Part shown: positions 31,668 through 43,788 of the stretch, in pieces
How positions within the stretch are numbered: the first letter of the stretch is position 1
Layout: each line of letters begins with the position of its first letter
Origin: an uncultured Kiloniellales bacterium
GTDB taxonomy: Bacteria; Pseudomonadota; Alphaproteobacteria; Kiloniellales; JAKSDN01
Length of the DNA: 64,000 bases
Direction of reading: 5' to 3'
NCBI GenBank assembly: GCA_947258885.1
Contig: CAMYKD010000004.1
Span: 1,447 to 65,446, forward strand
The notes under the pieces: generated by a model
The model's input: only the letters and a program-made list of their open reading frames with translations
What the model was told of the DNA's origin: nothing
The model's database searches: none
Position numbers and translations under genes: made by a program

Positions 31668-33014
31668 ATGCGCGAAGGCAGCCTGGATGCGCCAACGCGG
31701 CATCCGATCGGCTGGACCGATCCTGATTTCACAAATGCAGCGAAGATCGACCAGGAACTGCGACGGGTTTTCGATATCTGCCACGGGTGCCGCCGCTGCT
31801 TCAACCTGTGCGATTCCTTTCCCCGGCTGTTCGACCTGATCGACGAGTCGGACACCGGCGAACTAGATTCCGTCGCCTCTTCGGACTTCAAGCCCGTCGT
31901 GGACGCCTGCACGCTCTGCGACCTGTGCTTCATGACCAAGTGCCCCTATGTGCCACCACACGAGTTCGATCTCGACTTTCCGCACTTGATGCTGCGCTAT
32001 CGTGCCGCAGAGCACGCCCGGGGCGAGACCAGCGCCGTACACCGGCAATTCACCAAGACCGACCGCAATGGCCGGCTGGCTCGGCTGGCGCCCGGCGTCG
32101 TGAACTGGGCCAGCGGGACCTCGAACCGGGTCACCCGGCCGGTCCTGGAGAAGGCCGCCGACGTTCATCGCGAAGCGGCCCTTCCGAAATTCCACGGCAA
32201 GACCTTCACCCTGCGGGACAAGACCGAGGCCGTCGAGGTCAACGCGGCGGCTCCGGCCTACGGACGCAAGGCCGTGCTCTACGCGACCTGTTTCGTCAAC
32301 TACAACAATCCGGCCATAGGCATGGCCGCGCGTGCCGTGCTGGCGCGCAACGGGGTCGACACCGAGGTCGTCTACCCGTCGTGCTGTGGCATGCCTCAGC
32401 TCGAGCAGGGCGATCTCGCCAAGGTGGCCGGGAGCGCCAGGCGGATCGCGGCCGAGATGAAGCCCTGGATCGACAAGGGTTACGACATTATCGCCCTGGT
32501 GCCGTCTTGCGCGCTTATGCTCAAGTTCGAATGGCCGCTGATCCTGCCCGAAGACGAAGACATCAAACAGCTGTCGCGGGCGACCTTCGACATCAGCGAG
32601 TACGTCGTCGCCATCGCCAAGAAGGAGGGCTTGGCCGAGGGTCTCGGGCCCTTGCCGGGCGGGGTCGCGCTGCACATCGCCTGTCATGCGCGGGCCCAGA
32701 ACATGGGCCAGAAGGCGGCCGAAATGCTGCGCCTCGCCCCCGAGGCAGATGTCGCGGTCATCGAACGCTGCTCGGGTCATGGGGGATCCTGGGGCGTATT
32801 GAAGGAGAACTTCGAAGTGGCGCTCAAGGTAGGCCGACCGGTGGCGCGCCAGGCGGCCGAAGCCGGCAAGGCCTTTCTCGCTTCGGAATGCCCACTGGCG
32901 GGCGAGCACGTCCTACAGGGCATCGATCGCCTCGAGGTCCAGGGTAAGCCGGAGGTCGACCGCGCGCGGCATCCGATCGAACTTTTCGCCCAGGCCTATG
33001 GACTCGCGCTCTGA
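31668..33014 (+). CDS. Rubrerythrin-associated Fe-S oxidoreductase (GlpC/HdrD-like, CCG domains)
   Basis: 'CHGCRRCFNLC' and 'CTLCDLCFMTKC' ferredoxin-type motifs; CCG domains 'SCCG' and 'RCSG'. Confidence 0.88.
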   Translation: MREGSLDAPTRHPIGWTDPDFTNAAKIDQELRRVFDICHGCRRCFNLCDSFPRLFDLIDESDTGELDSVASSDFKPVVDACTLCDLCFMTKCPYVPPHEFDLDFPHLMLRYRAAEHARGETSAVHRQFTKTDRNGRLARLAPGVVNWASGTSNRVTRPVLEKAADVHREAALPKFHGKTFTLRDKTEAVEVNAAAPAYGRKAVLYATCFVNYNNPAIGMAARAVLARNGVDTEVVYPSCCGMPQLEQGDLAKVAGSARRIAAEMKPWIDKGYDIIALVPSCALMLKFEWPLILPEDEDIKQLSRATFDISEYVVAIAKKEGLAEGLGPLPGGVALHIACHARAQNMGQKAAEMLRLAPEADVAVIERCSGHGGSWGVLKENFEVALKVGRPVARQAAEAGKAFLASECPLAGEHVLQGIDRLEVQGKPEVDRARHPIELFAQAYGLAL

Positions 33015-33042
33015 CGGATTTCGAAAGTTGGAGGATGACGGA

Positions 33043-33636
33043 ATGATGGCCATGAAGCACGAGATCACCCGCGACGACATTCTGCCGATGGACCGCTATG
33101 CCGGTGAACGCAAGGAACGCCGGACCAAGCTTGTCGAGGTCAAGAAGCACCGGCGCATGCCGGTCGGACCGGACTGCACCTTCTACTTCGAGAACTACGA
33201 GACCATGTGGCATCAGGTCCACGAGATGCTGTTTATCGAAAAGGGCGGCGAGGAGCAGATCCCCGATGAACTGGCAGCCTATAACCCCTTGATCCCGAAG
33301 GGCCGGGAGCTGGTTGCCACGGTCATGTTCGAGATCGACGACCCAGCGCGACGCCAAGCCGTGCTGGCCAAGCTGGGCGGTGTGGAGGAGACGGCCTTCC
33401 TGCGGTTCGGCGGCGAAACGATTACCGGGTTGCCGGAGGAGGACGTCGATCGCACGAGCGCCGCCGGCAAGGCCTCGTCGGTGCAGTTCATCCATTTTCC
33501 CATGACCGCCGAACAAGCCGCGGGCTTCAAGGCCCCGGACACCGAGGTCGTGCTCGGTTTCCGCCACCCGAGCTACAGCCACATGGCGGTCCTGCCCGAG
33601 GCGACCCGCGCCGCTCTCGCCGAAGACCTGGATTAG
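33043..33636 (+). CDS. DUF3501 family protein
   Basis: 'KKHRR..VGP..TFYFEN..T.W.QV.EML.IE', 'EL.AYNPLIP', 'GKASSVQF.HF', 'AL..DL'. Third gene of the rubrerythrin-RFO cluster. Confidence 0.85.
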   Translation: MMAMKHEITRDDILPMDRYAGERKERRTKLVEVKKHRRMPVGPDCTFYFENYETMWHQVHEMLFIEKGGEEQIPDELAAYNPLIPKGRELVATVMFEIDDPARRQAVLAKLGGVEETAFLRFGGETITGLPEEDVDRTSAAGKASSVQFIHFPMTAEQAAGFKAPDTEVVLGFRHPSYSHMAVLPEATRAALAEDLD

Positions 33637-33700
33637 GCCTCCAACCGGACGTTTCGCAAGCGCCGAGCCGGAGGCCCTGGACTCTCGCATCCAAGCATGT

Positions 33701-33722
33701 TATATGAACATTTGTTCAAATG
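33701..33722. promoter_or_regulatory. SmtB/ArsR-type operator
   Basis: Perfect TGAACA-TT-TGTTCA core (33705-33718) of the SmtB/CzrA 12-2-12 inverted repeat, directly before the arsR-family gene. Confidence 0.8.
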
Positions 33723-33723
33723 A

Positions 33724-34068
33724 ATGAACGTTTTATTAATGAACTCGACCAGCCAGGATGAAACGCGTATCGACGATTTGGCGGAGGTGTTCCGCGTTAT
33801 GGGCGACGCCAACCGTCTGCGCATTCTCGTGCTCGTGCTGGACCGGCCGCGGCCGGTCGCAGACATCGCGGCGGCCGCCGGCCTGTCGCAGTCGCTGGTC
33901 AGCCACAATCTTGGCCGTCTGCGGGCCAGCCGGCTGGTGAGCGCCGAACGGCGCGGCAAGCAGGTCTTCTATGTGGCGGCCGACCAGCATGTGCGGACGG
34001 TGCTGAGGGACATGCTGGAGCATATCGGCGAGGTCGACCGGCCGGGCCCACCCTTGGGGCAGGCGTGA
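33724..34068 (+). CDS. ArsR/SmtB metal-sensing repressor (alpha5 site)
   Basis: 'FRVMGDANRLRIL', 'SQSLVSHNL..LR', 'RRGKQVFY'; D-x-H-x10-H-x2-E alpha5 motif (DQHVRTVLRDMLEHIGE). Start at 33724 or 33739. Confidence 0.9.
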   Translation: MNVLLMNSTSQDETRIDDLAEVFRVMGDANRLRILVLVLDRPRPVADIAAAAGLSQSLVSHNLGRLRASRLVSAERRGKQVFYVAADQHVRTVLRDMLEHIGEVDRPGPPLGQA

Positions 34069-34069
34069 C

Positions 34070-34699
34070 ATGGCGGGCGGCTGCTGTGGTGACAGCTGTG
34101 CCGCGCCGGCGCTTGGCGTCCAGCGGCGGATGCTCGGGGTGGTGCTGGCCGTCAACGTGACGATGTTCCTGATCGAGGCGGGCGCCGGCTGGGGTGCCCA
34201 GTCGGTAGCGCTGCAGGCCGACGCCCTCGACTTCTTCGGCGATTCGCTCAACTACGCCACGGCGCTCTACGTCCTGTCCAAGCCGCTCTCCTGGCGGGCC
34301 GGCGCGGCCCTGATCAAGGGCCTTGCGATGCTGGCATTCGGGCTCTTCGTGCTCGGCTCCAGCGTGCACAATGCGGTCCTGGGCGCCAACCCCGAAGCGC
34401 CGGTGATGGGTGTCATCGGCCTGCTGGCGCTTTGCGCCAACCTGGGCTGTGCGCTGCTGCTATTCCGCTTCCGCGGGGGCGATGCCAACCTGCGCGCCGT
34501 CTGGCTGTGCAGCCGCAACGATGCCATCGGCAACCTCGCGGTCCTGGCGGCGGCCGGGGGCGTCGCCGTGACCGGTGCCCATTGGCCGGATCTGTTCGTC
34601 GGCCTGGTCATCGCCTCGCTCGCGGCCTGGGCCGGGCAATCGGTCTTGCGCCAGGCATGGGGGGAACTGGCGGGACGCGGCGTCGCCGCCGCAGAGTAA
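34070..34699 (+). CDS. Short cation diffusion facilitator (CDF) lacking the cytosolic C-terminal domain
   Basis: 'SVALQADALDFFGD', 'NLRAVWLCSRNDAIGN', 'WPD'; N-terminal 'GCCGDSC'; about 5-6 TM helices. Confidence 0.85.
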   Translation: MAGGCCGDSCAAPALGVQRRMLGVVLAVNVTMFLIEAGAGWGAQSVALQADALDFFGDSLNYATALYVLSKPLSWRAGAALIKGLAMLAFGLFVLGSSVHNAVLGANPEAPVMGVIGLLALCANLGCALLLFRFRGGDANLRAVWLCSRNDAIGNLAVLAAAGGVAVTGAHWPDLFVGLVIASLAAWAGQSVLRQAWGELAGRGVAAAE

Positions 34700-35024
34700 C
34701 GGCGCGCCTCCAAGGGAGGCGAGGCCGGAGTCTCCTGCGGCACCCGCCATGGCGCCGATACCACGGATTTTCTTTAAATTTAACACAGTCGTGACCGCTG
34801 TCACATTGGCAAGCTGTTCTCGGACCTATCTCCACAACAAGGGAAGAGGTTCAATTGCAGGGCACGCCGAAAATGGTCAAGTATCGCCATAGCGTTTTTG
34901 CCGATCTGCCGCTGACCGTATTTTGCGCTTTACTATCCGGTATCGTCGGTCTGCTGGAAAAACGCCCTCGCTCTGTCCACTCGTTTCATGGCCTCCGACG
35001 ATCGGGGCTGGGAGGGCGGGTCCT

Positions 35025-36416
<1,392 letters not shown>

Positions 36417-36419
36417 CGG

Positions 36420-36959
36420 CTAGGGAACTTTTTCGCCTGGATAGAGACCGAATACCTCGCCGCGCCGCAGCCAGCCGCCGAAGCGCTCCACGGTGACGCG
36501 GCACCAGTTTCCCTCGCAACCTTCCAGATGGGCGATGACTCCTGCTTCCAGGTGGGCGACGCCGGGCGCGCCAGTCTCCGGCGTGCGTCTGAGCAGCCGG
36601 GCCTCGCCGGTCACCATTACGCTGCGCCGGCCGTCCAGCATGGACTGGTGCACCCAACCCGTGGTCCCTTCGTGATCGCGTATGCGCCGCCAGGTCTCGA
36701 ACTCGTCGATCACCTCGACCGGCAGACCGCGCCTTAGGTAGACCCAGTCGATCGGATAGCGGACGCCCGGACCGGTCCTCAGGTTGACTTCGGCGGCGCG
36801 CAGCGAGACAAACCGTGGCAGCGGCAAGCCGGTGCGCCCCGGCCGCTCGACCTGGCGGTTGCCCGTCGGCCCGGCGGCGTCCTGGGCCGAGCCGGTGCCG
36901 GCCCAGACGGCAGGCAGGATCGCCAGACAAAAGACCAAGACGCCACGGTGGTTCAACAC
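36420..36959 (-). CDS. Exported tandem bacterial SH3-domain protein
   Basis: Signal peptide; 'GLPLPRFVSL...VNLRTGPG.RYPI.WVY', 'WRRIRD..G..GWVH', 'C.GNWC'. Divergent from the 2-hydroxyacid dehydrogenase gene. Confidence 0.85.
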   Translation of the reverse strand: MLNHRGVLVFCLAILPAVWAGTGSAQDAAGPTGNRQVERPGRTGLPLPRFVSLRAAEVNLRTGPGVRYPIDWVYLRRGLPVEVIDEFETWRRIRDHEGTTGWVHQSMLDGRRSVMVTGEARLLRRTPETGAPGVAHLEAGVIAHLEGCEGNWCRVTVERFGGWLRRGEVFGLYPGEKVP

Positions 36960-37141
36960 GGACCTCCAACAACTTCTATACGTGAGAATTTCGGCATCCA
37001 GCAGGCGGCCGAGCGTTCTCCTACCCGCGCCGACCGCCCGCGGTCAAGCCGTCGGGGCGGAGCCGGAGCGCGCGCTCTGGACAAGGGACCGGCGCACCTG
37101 CTATGGCAAGCCGAAAAGTCATGCGTTGCCGGGAGAGGTTC

Positions 37142-38128
37142 ATGCCCCAGAAGAAACCGCTGGTCATTGTCACGCGCCGGCTTCCCGACGCCATCGAGAC
37201 GCGCATGATGGAGTTGTTCGACGCTCGCCTGAACATCGAAGATAAGCCGATGAGTCAGGCAGAGTTGATCGAGGCGGCTGCGGAGGCCGACGTGTTGGTA
37301 CCGACGGTGACCGACCGGATCGACCTCGGCGTGCTCTCCCAGGCCGGGCCGAACCTCAAGCTGATCGCCTCTTTCGGCACCGGTGTCGACCACATCGACC
37401 TGAAGACAGCGCGCCAGCGCGGCATCAACGTCACCAACACGCCGGGGGTCCTGACCGAGGACACTGCCGACATGACCATGGCCCTGATCCTCGCGGTGCC
37501 GCGCCGCCTCGCGGAAGGCGAACGCTTGGTGCGCGCGGGCGAGTGGCGGGGCTGGAGCCCGACCTCCATGTTGGGCCACCGGATCTGGGGCAAGCGGCTC
37601 GGCATCATCGGCATGGGCCGGATCGGCCAGGCGGTGGCGCGGCGCGCCCGGGGCTTCGGGCTCTCGGTCCACTACCACAACCGTCGCCGCGTGCACCCGG
37701 ACATCGAGGCGGAACTCGAGGCAACTTACTGGGAGAGCCTCGACCAGATGCTCTCTCGCATGGATATCATTTCGGTCAACTGCCCGCACACCCCTGCGAC
37801 TTATCACCTGCTTTCGGCCCGGCGGCTCAAGCTGTTGCAGCCCCACGCCGTCATCGTCAACACCAGCCGCGGCGAGGTGATCGACGAGAACGCGCTGACC
37901 CGCATGTTGCAGGGCGCCGAGGTCGCCGGCGCCGGGCTCGACGTCTTCGAGCATGAGCCGGCGATCAACCCCAAGCTGCTCCAGCTCGACAACGTGGTCC
38001 TGCTGCCGCACATGGGCTCGGCCACCTTCGAGGGCCGCATCGCCATGGGCGAGAAGGTGATCATCAACATCAAGACCTTCGCCGACGGCCATACCCCGCC
38101 CGACCGGGTGCTCGAGGCCATGTTCTGA
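37142..38128 (+). CDS. D-glycerate/glyoxylate reductase (D-2-hydroxyacid dehydrogenase)
   Basis: 'NTPGVLTEDTAD', 'GIIGMGRIGQA', 'VNTSRGEVID', 'GLDVFEHEP', 'LPHMGSAT'. Confidence 0.92.
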   Translation: MPQKKPLVIVTRRLPDAIETRMMELFDARLNIEDKPMSQAELIEAAAEADVLVPTVTDRIDLGVLSQAGPNLKLIASFGTGVDHIDLKTARQRGINVTNTPGVLTEDTADMTMALILAVPRRLAEGERLVRAGEWRGWSPTSMLGHRIWGKRLGIIGMGRIGQAVARRARGFGLSVHYHNRRRVHPDIEAELEATYWESLDQMLSRMDIISVNCPHTPATYHLLSARRLKLLQPHAVIVNTSRGEVIDENALTRMLQGAEVAGAGLDVFEHEPAINPKLLQLDNVVLLPHMGSATFEGRIAMGEKVIINIKTFADGHTPPDRVLEAMF

Positions 38129-38150
38129 GATACTGGGCCGGCGTTACCCG

Positions 38151-39590
38151 CTACCGAGGGGATATGCCTGCCTCTTGTTCGATCAGGTGCGCGATCGAGT
38201 TGGCGTAGTATGTCAGCAGGTTGCGCTTGCCGGCCACGACGACGAAGCCACCGGCCTCTCTCTCGATAAGGTCGCGCCGGACCAGGGTGCGCAGACCGGT
38301 CTTGAGGGCGCTCGACAAGTCGTCGCCGGGCAGCTGCAGCCTCGCCCCGGCAGCGCGCAGGCGGGCGGCCAGCGCGTCGATGGCGACGGCCAGCTCCTCC
38401 CCGGTCTGGTAGTCTTCGGGACTCTGAGCGAAGAGGCTGGCCACGAGAGGTATGGGTGGAACCGGCACGACTCGGCCGATCTCGTGGATCAGGTGGCGGC
38501 CGAGCGCCTCGACGGCGACGAAACGCGCGTTCCGGTCCAGCGTGCCGGGCACGATGCCGCGCTCGCCCAGGTAGGCGCGGAGCGAGACCGGCCGGCCGAA
38601 ATTCACGCAGGCATAGCCGAAGCGGGTGCGCTCGCGCCTTTTCATCAGGAAAAGGTTGCGCAGCAGGAAGCGGATCCCGGTTCCGAGCGCCCGCCGTGTG
38701 CCGCGGCGCGTGGCACGCGGACCGGTCATGCCCAGCAAGCTGTCCTCCTCGAGCACCCGGTCGTAATTGATGCCGACCGGCACGAAGACGATGTCGCGGC
38801 CTTCGTTCGGCAGGAAACCACGGAGCATGTAGTCGAGGATGCCCAGCTTGGGCTCGCGCAGGCGCCCGTCGCGGCTCAAACCTCCTTCGGGAAACACGGC
38901 CTGGGTCACGCCGCCCGCGGTGGCCATCTGGATATAGCGCTGCAGCACCCGGCGGTACAGCAGGTTGCCGGAGTCCCGGCGCACGAAATAGGCGCCCATG
39001 GCGCGCACCAGGCCCTGCAGGGGCCAGACCCGGGCCCACTCCCCGGCGGCAAAGCTGAGCGCGGCGCGCTGGGCGGCCAGGAAGGCGAGCAGGACGTAGT
39101 CCATGTTGGAGCGGTGATTCATCACGAAGACCACTGCCGCATCTTCGCCGATCTCCCCGAGCGCGGCGTCGTCGGCCTGGGCCAGGCGCACCCGGTAGAG
39201 GTTGCGGGCCAGGCGCCGGGCCAGCCAGACACCGAGGCGGAAGTAGAGGTAGGCGTTGAAGGCCGGCACGATTTCGCGGGCATAGCGGCCGGCCCGCTCG
39301 ATCAGCACGTCGTGCGGCAAGTTCTCCGCGCGGGCCAGCTGCTCCACGGCGGCCAGCACCTGGGGGTCGTAGGTCAGGTTGCCGACCAACACGCGCCGCC
39401 GAGTCAGCGTGAAGGGCCGGATATGAAAGTGCAGCCGGGCGTTCAGCTTCTCGATCGCGCGGTTGAGCCGGCGGTGCAGGAACCAGCGCGCGCTGGGCAT
39501 CAGCAGGCGGTCGAGCAGAGCCAGCGCGGCGAGCAGGCAGGTAAGGAGCACCAGCCAGAGCGGCAGGGCGACGGTCTGCTCGAAGAACAC
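38151..39590 (-). CDS. PlsB/DHAPAT-like glycerol-3-phosphate acyltransferase
   Basis: HX4D 'NHRSNMDY', 'GAYFVRR', 'FPEGGLSRDG...PKLG', 'VPVGINYDRVLE', C-terminal 'YYANSIAH'. GTG start. Confidence 0.82.
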   Translation of the reverse strand: MFFEQTVALPLWLVLLTCLLAALALLDRLLMPSARWFLHRRLNRAIEKLNARLHFHIRPFTLTRRRVLVGNLTYDPQVLAAVEQLARAENLPHDVLIERAGRYAREIVPAFNAYLYFRLGVWLARRLARNLYRVRLAQADDAALGEIGEDAAVVFVMNHRSNMDYVLLAFLAAQRAALSFAAGEWARVWPLQGLVRAMGAYFVRRDSGNLLYRRVLQRYIQMATAGGVTQAVFPEGGLSRDGRLREPKLGILDYMLRGFLPNEGRDIVFVPVGINYDRVLEEDSLLGMTGPRATRRGTRRALGTGIRFLLRNLFLMKRRERTRFGYACVNFGRPVSLRAYLGERGIVPGTLDRNARFVAVEALGRHLIHEIGRVVPVPPIPLVASLFAQSPEDYQTGEELAVAIDALAARLRAAGARLQLPGDDLSSALKTGLRTLVRRDLIEREAGGFVVVAGKRNLLTYYANSIAHLIEQEAGISPR

Positions 39591-39611
39591 TCCCCGGCCG
39601 CCCTGCCACCC

Positions 39612-40436
39612 TCAGGCGGCGCAGTAGGGCTCGGACTCCCTGTAGGAGACCGTCTCGAGGTCGCGGATGCTTGCCTGCGGGCCGCACAGCGGACAGGCCG
39701 GGTCCGACTTGAGCTTGACCGTGTGAAAGCTCGTGCCCAGGGAATCGTAGAGCAGCAAGCGGCCGGCCAGGCTCTCGCCGATGCCGAGCAGTTCCTTGAT
39801 CACCTCGGTCGCCTGCAGCGCACCCAGCGTGCCGGCCAGGGCGCCGAGGACGCCGACGTCGGCGCAGCTCTGCTTCGGATCCCCCGGCTGCGCGCCAAAG
39901 ATGCAGCGGTAGCAGGGCTGCGCGCCGCCTTCATAGGCCTTGTAGGTCGAGAGCTGCCCGTCAAAGCGCATGATCGCGGCCGCGACCAGCGTCTTGCGCG
40001 CGAGGTGGCAGGCGTCGTTTACCAGGTAGCGGGTCGGGAAATTGTCCGAGCCATCGGCCACCAGATCGTATTGGCCGATCAGCTCCAGGGCGTTGCCGGG
40101 CACGAGGCGCTCCTTGTGCGCCACCACCCGGACCTCTGGGTTGATCTCGGCCAAGCGCGCCGTGGCGCTATCCACCTTGTCGAGGCCGACGTTGGAGGTG
40201 TCGTGGACGATCTGGCGCTGCAAGTTGGACAGGTCGACCTGATCGTCGTCGACCACGCCGAGGGTGCCGACCCCGGCGGCGGCCAGATAGAGCAGGAGCG
40301 GCGAGCCCAGGCCGCCCGCGCCGACCACCAGGACCCGCGAAGCCAGGAGGCGCGCCTGGCCCTCTTCGCCCACCTCGGGAAGCACCAAGTGGCGCGCATA
40401 ACGCTCGATCTGCGGATCGGTCAGTTCAAGGTCCAT
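39612..40436 (-). CDS. moeB: MoeB/ThiF-family adenylyltransferase (no rhodanese domain)
   Basis: 'RYARHL.LPEVG..GQ', 'GAGGLGSP', 'SNLQRQ', 'DGSDNF', CxxC pairs 'CYRC' and 'CPLC'. Confidence 0.9.
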   Translation of the reverse strand: MDLELTDPQIERYARHLVLPEVGEEGQARLLASRVLVVGAGGLGSPLLLYLAAAGVGTLGVVDDDQVDLSNLQRQIVHDTSNVGLDKVDSATARLAEINPEVRVVAHKERLVPGNALELIGQYDLVADGSDNFPTRYLVNDACHLARKTLVAAAIMRFDGQLSTYKAYEGGAQPCYRCIFGAQPGDPKQSCADVGVLGALAGTLGALQATEVIKELLGIGESLAGRLLLYDSLGTSFHTVKLKSDPACPLCGPQASIRDLETVSYRESEPYCAA

Positions 40437-40449
40437 GGCTTTCGGGTCC

Positions 40450-41418
<969 letters not shown>

Positions 41419-41530
41419 CGAAGTGCCTCCCTTGGATCCAGTCAAACAAGACGATCAACGCGATCCCAACAAGGGTCGGCTGCCGGCCGGGTGAGGGATC
41501 AACCGGCGCCGCCGCGCGCCGCCCCGGCCG

Positions 41531-41986
41531 TCAGATGCTGAAGTCGGGCACCCCCGCGAGCTTTCGGGGCACCTTCTGCTCGCGCGCCCTCTCGCAGAGG
41601 TCCTCTATGGTGAGGGAATCGAGGCGCGCCATCATCTCGCGCTGCATCTCGATCCAGATCGGCCGCACGACCTTGATGCCGATCTCCGAGCCGTCGGGTT
41701 CGCCGGCCGGATCGCTCGCGCCCTCCACGTTGCGCACGACGCGTATGATTTCGCCGACCGTGATGCGCCGGCGTTCCCGGGCCAGGCGGTAGCCGCCGCG
41801 CGGGCCACGTTGCCCGGACAAGATGCCCCGGTGCACGAGCTGTTGGAGCACCTGTTCGAGGTAGCGCCGCGGGATGCCCTGGCGGCGCGAGATCTCGGTG
41901 GAGCGCACCGGCGAGGGCCCGGCGTTGTAAGCGATGTCGACCACCGCCTCGATGGCGAACAGAAGCTTTCTCGACAGCCTCAGCAT
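41531..41986 (-). CDS. Rrf2-family regulator, CymR-like, without the IscR Cys triad
   Basis: 'YLEQVLQQL...G.RGPRGGYRLAR...ITVGEIIR'; only one Cys; C-terminal DFSI. Confidence 0.9.
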   Translation of the reverse strand: MLRLSRKLLFAIEAVVDIAYNAGPSPVRSTEISRRQGIPRRYLEQVLQQLVHRGILSGQRGPRGGYRLARERRRITVGEIIRVVRNVEGASDPAGEPDGSEIGIKVVRPIWIEMQREMMARLDSLTIEDLCERAREQKVPRKLAGVPDFSI

Positions 41987-41993
41987 GGCCCGG

Positions 41994-42482
41994 CTACTCC
42001 GCCGCGCCCTTTGCCGCGCCGATGCGCGTGTCGCCCAGCCCCGTCGAGCCGAACCCCCCGGTGTCCCGCACGCTTTGCTCCAGGGCCTCGACCGGCCGCC
42101 AGACCGCCCGGCCGACGGCGGCCACGACCAGTTGGGCGATCCGGCAACCGCGGGTCACGACGAAGGGATCCTGGCCGAGGTTGATCAGGATGACCCCGAC
42201 CTCGCCACGATAGTCGGCGTCGACCGTTCCCGGCGCGTTGAGGACCGTCACGCCGTGCTTGAGCGCGAGGCCGGAGCGCGGTCGGACCTGCGCCTCATAG
42301 CCGGCCGGCAGCGCGATGGCCAGGCCGCTCGGGACCAGCCGCCGTTCGCCGGGCTGCAGCACGACCTCGGCCTCGACCGCCGCCAGCAGGTCCATCCCTG
42401 CGCTCTCCGGCGTCGCATAGGCCGGCAAGTCCAGGTCCACGGCGTGCGGCAGGCGCCGGACGGCGACCTCGATCGATGTCAT
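41994..42482 (-). CDS. dut: dUTP pyrophosphatase
   Basis: 'AGMDL', 'RPRSGLA', '[10 protein letters not shown]', 'RIAQL', 'R..GGFGSTG'. C-terminal part of the 41994..43319 ORF; ATGA overlap with coaBC. Confidence 0.96.
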   Translation of the reverse strand: MTSIEVAVRRLPHAVDLDLPAYATPESAGMDLLAAVEAEVVLQPGERRLVPSGLAIALPAGYEAQVRPRSGLALKHGVTVLNAPGTVDADYRGEVGVILINLGQDPFVVTRGCRIAQLVVAAVGRAVWRPVEALEQSVRDTGGFGSTGLGDTRIGAAKGAAE

Positions 42483-43699
42483 GCTCCGCCACCTCCGGGC
42501 GCCGCGTCCAGGGAGCCGGCGATCCGCCGGGCTAGACGTTCGGCGACTTCCTGCTTGGTCATACGCGGCCAGTCCTCGACCCCCGACCCGTCGATCAGGT
42601 GGATCAGATTGTCCGCGCCGCCGAAGGTTCCGGTGCCGGGCGAGACATCGTTGGCCAGGATCCAGTCGCAGCCCTTGGACTTCAGCTTTGCCTTGGCGTG
42701 CGCGACGACGTTCTCGGTCTCCGCCGCGAAGCCGACCACCAGGCGCGGCCTTTGGTTGCCGGCAGCCGACAGGCTCGCCAGGATGTCCGGATTGACCGCC
42801 AGCTCGATCTGCGGCGGCGCGCCGCCGTTCTTCTTGAGCTTCTGCCCGCTTTGCGTCTTGACCCGCCAGTCGGAGACCGCCGCGGCGCAGACCGCCACCT
42901 CGACCGGCAGCGCCGCCTGGCATGCGGCCAGCATCTCCTCGGCCGACTCGACGGCGACCACCTGGACGCCCGGCGGGTCGCCGAGGCGCGTCGGTCCGGA
43001 AACCAGCGTGGTCGCGGCCCCCAGGCGGGCGAGCGCCTGGGCGATCGCGTGGCCCTGCCGGCCGGAGGAGCGGTTGGCTAGGTAGCGCACCGGGTCGATC
43101 GCCTCGACCGTGGGGCCGCTGGTGACCAGCGCACGGCGCCCGCTGAGCGGCGCGTCGATCCCGAAGTACGCCTCGATGGCGGTCAGGATCTCGGCCGCCT
43201 CGGCCATGCGCCCAAGGCCGTACTCGCCGCAGGCCATTTCGCCCTCGTTGGGGCCGACAGTCATCACGCCGCGTTCGACCAGGAGCGCCATGTTCGCCTT
43301 GGTCGCCGCGTGTTCCCACATGCGCACGTTCATGGCCGGCGCCACCAGGACCGGCTTGTCGGTCGCGAGCAGCGCGGTCGAGGCCAGGTCGTCGGCTCGG
43401 CCGGTCGCCATCCTGGCCAGGAGGTCGGCGGTGGCCGGCGCCACCACCAGTAAGTCGGCATCGCGCGACAGCTGGATGTGACCCATCTCGGCCTCGTCGG
43501 TCAGCGAGAAGAGCTCGCCGTAGACCTTATCCTCGCTGAGCGCGGAAACCGACAGCGGCGTGACGAACTGGGCGCCGGCCTTGGTCACGATGCAGCGCAC
43601 CGCGGCGCCCCTCTCGCGCAGCCGGCGGATCAGCTCGAGGCATTTGTAGGCCGCGATGCCGCCCGAGATGATGAGGAGTATGCGTTTTCCCGCCAACAT
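42479..43699 (-). CDS. coaBC: Bifunctional phosphopantothenoylcysteine decarboxylase/synthetase
   Basis: 'GGIAAYK', 'HIQL', 'APAMN', '[10 protein letters not shown]', '[12 protein letters not shown]', 'VGFAAET', 'ANDVS'. Confidence 0.96.
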   Translation of the reverse strand: MLAGKRILLIISGGIAAYKCLELIRRLRERGAAVRCIVTKAGAQFVTPLSVSALSEDKVYGELFSLTDEAEMGHIQLSRDADLLVVAPATADLLARMATGRADDLASTALLATDKPVLVAPAMNVRMWEHAATKANMALLVERGVMTVGPNEGEMACGEYGLGRMAEAAEILTAIEAYFGIDAPLSGRRALVTSGPTVEAIDPVRYLANRSSGRQGHAIAQALARLGAATTLVSGPTRLGDPPGVQVVAVESAEEMLAACQAALPVEVAVCAAAVSDWRVKTQSGQKLKKNGGAPPQIELAVNPDILASLSAAGNQRPRLVVGFAAETENVVAHAKAKLKSKGCDWILANDVSPGTGTFGGADNLIHLIDGSGVEDWPRMTKQEVAERLARRIAGSLDAAPGGGGA

Positions 43700-43788
43700 A
43701 GGTAAAATACGCGATTTCACGTTCCCACACCGTAGATAACCTAAGACGGTGGCCTTGCCGTGGCAAGCGCTGCGCGTCGGTCACGGTA

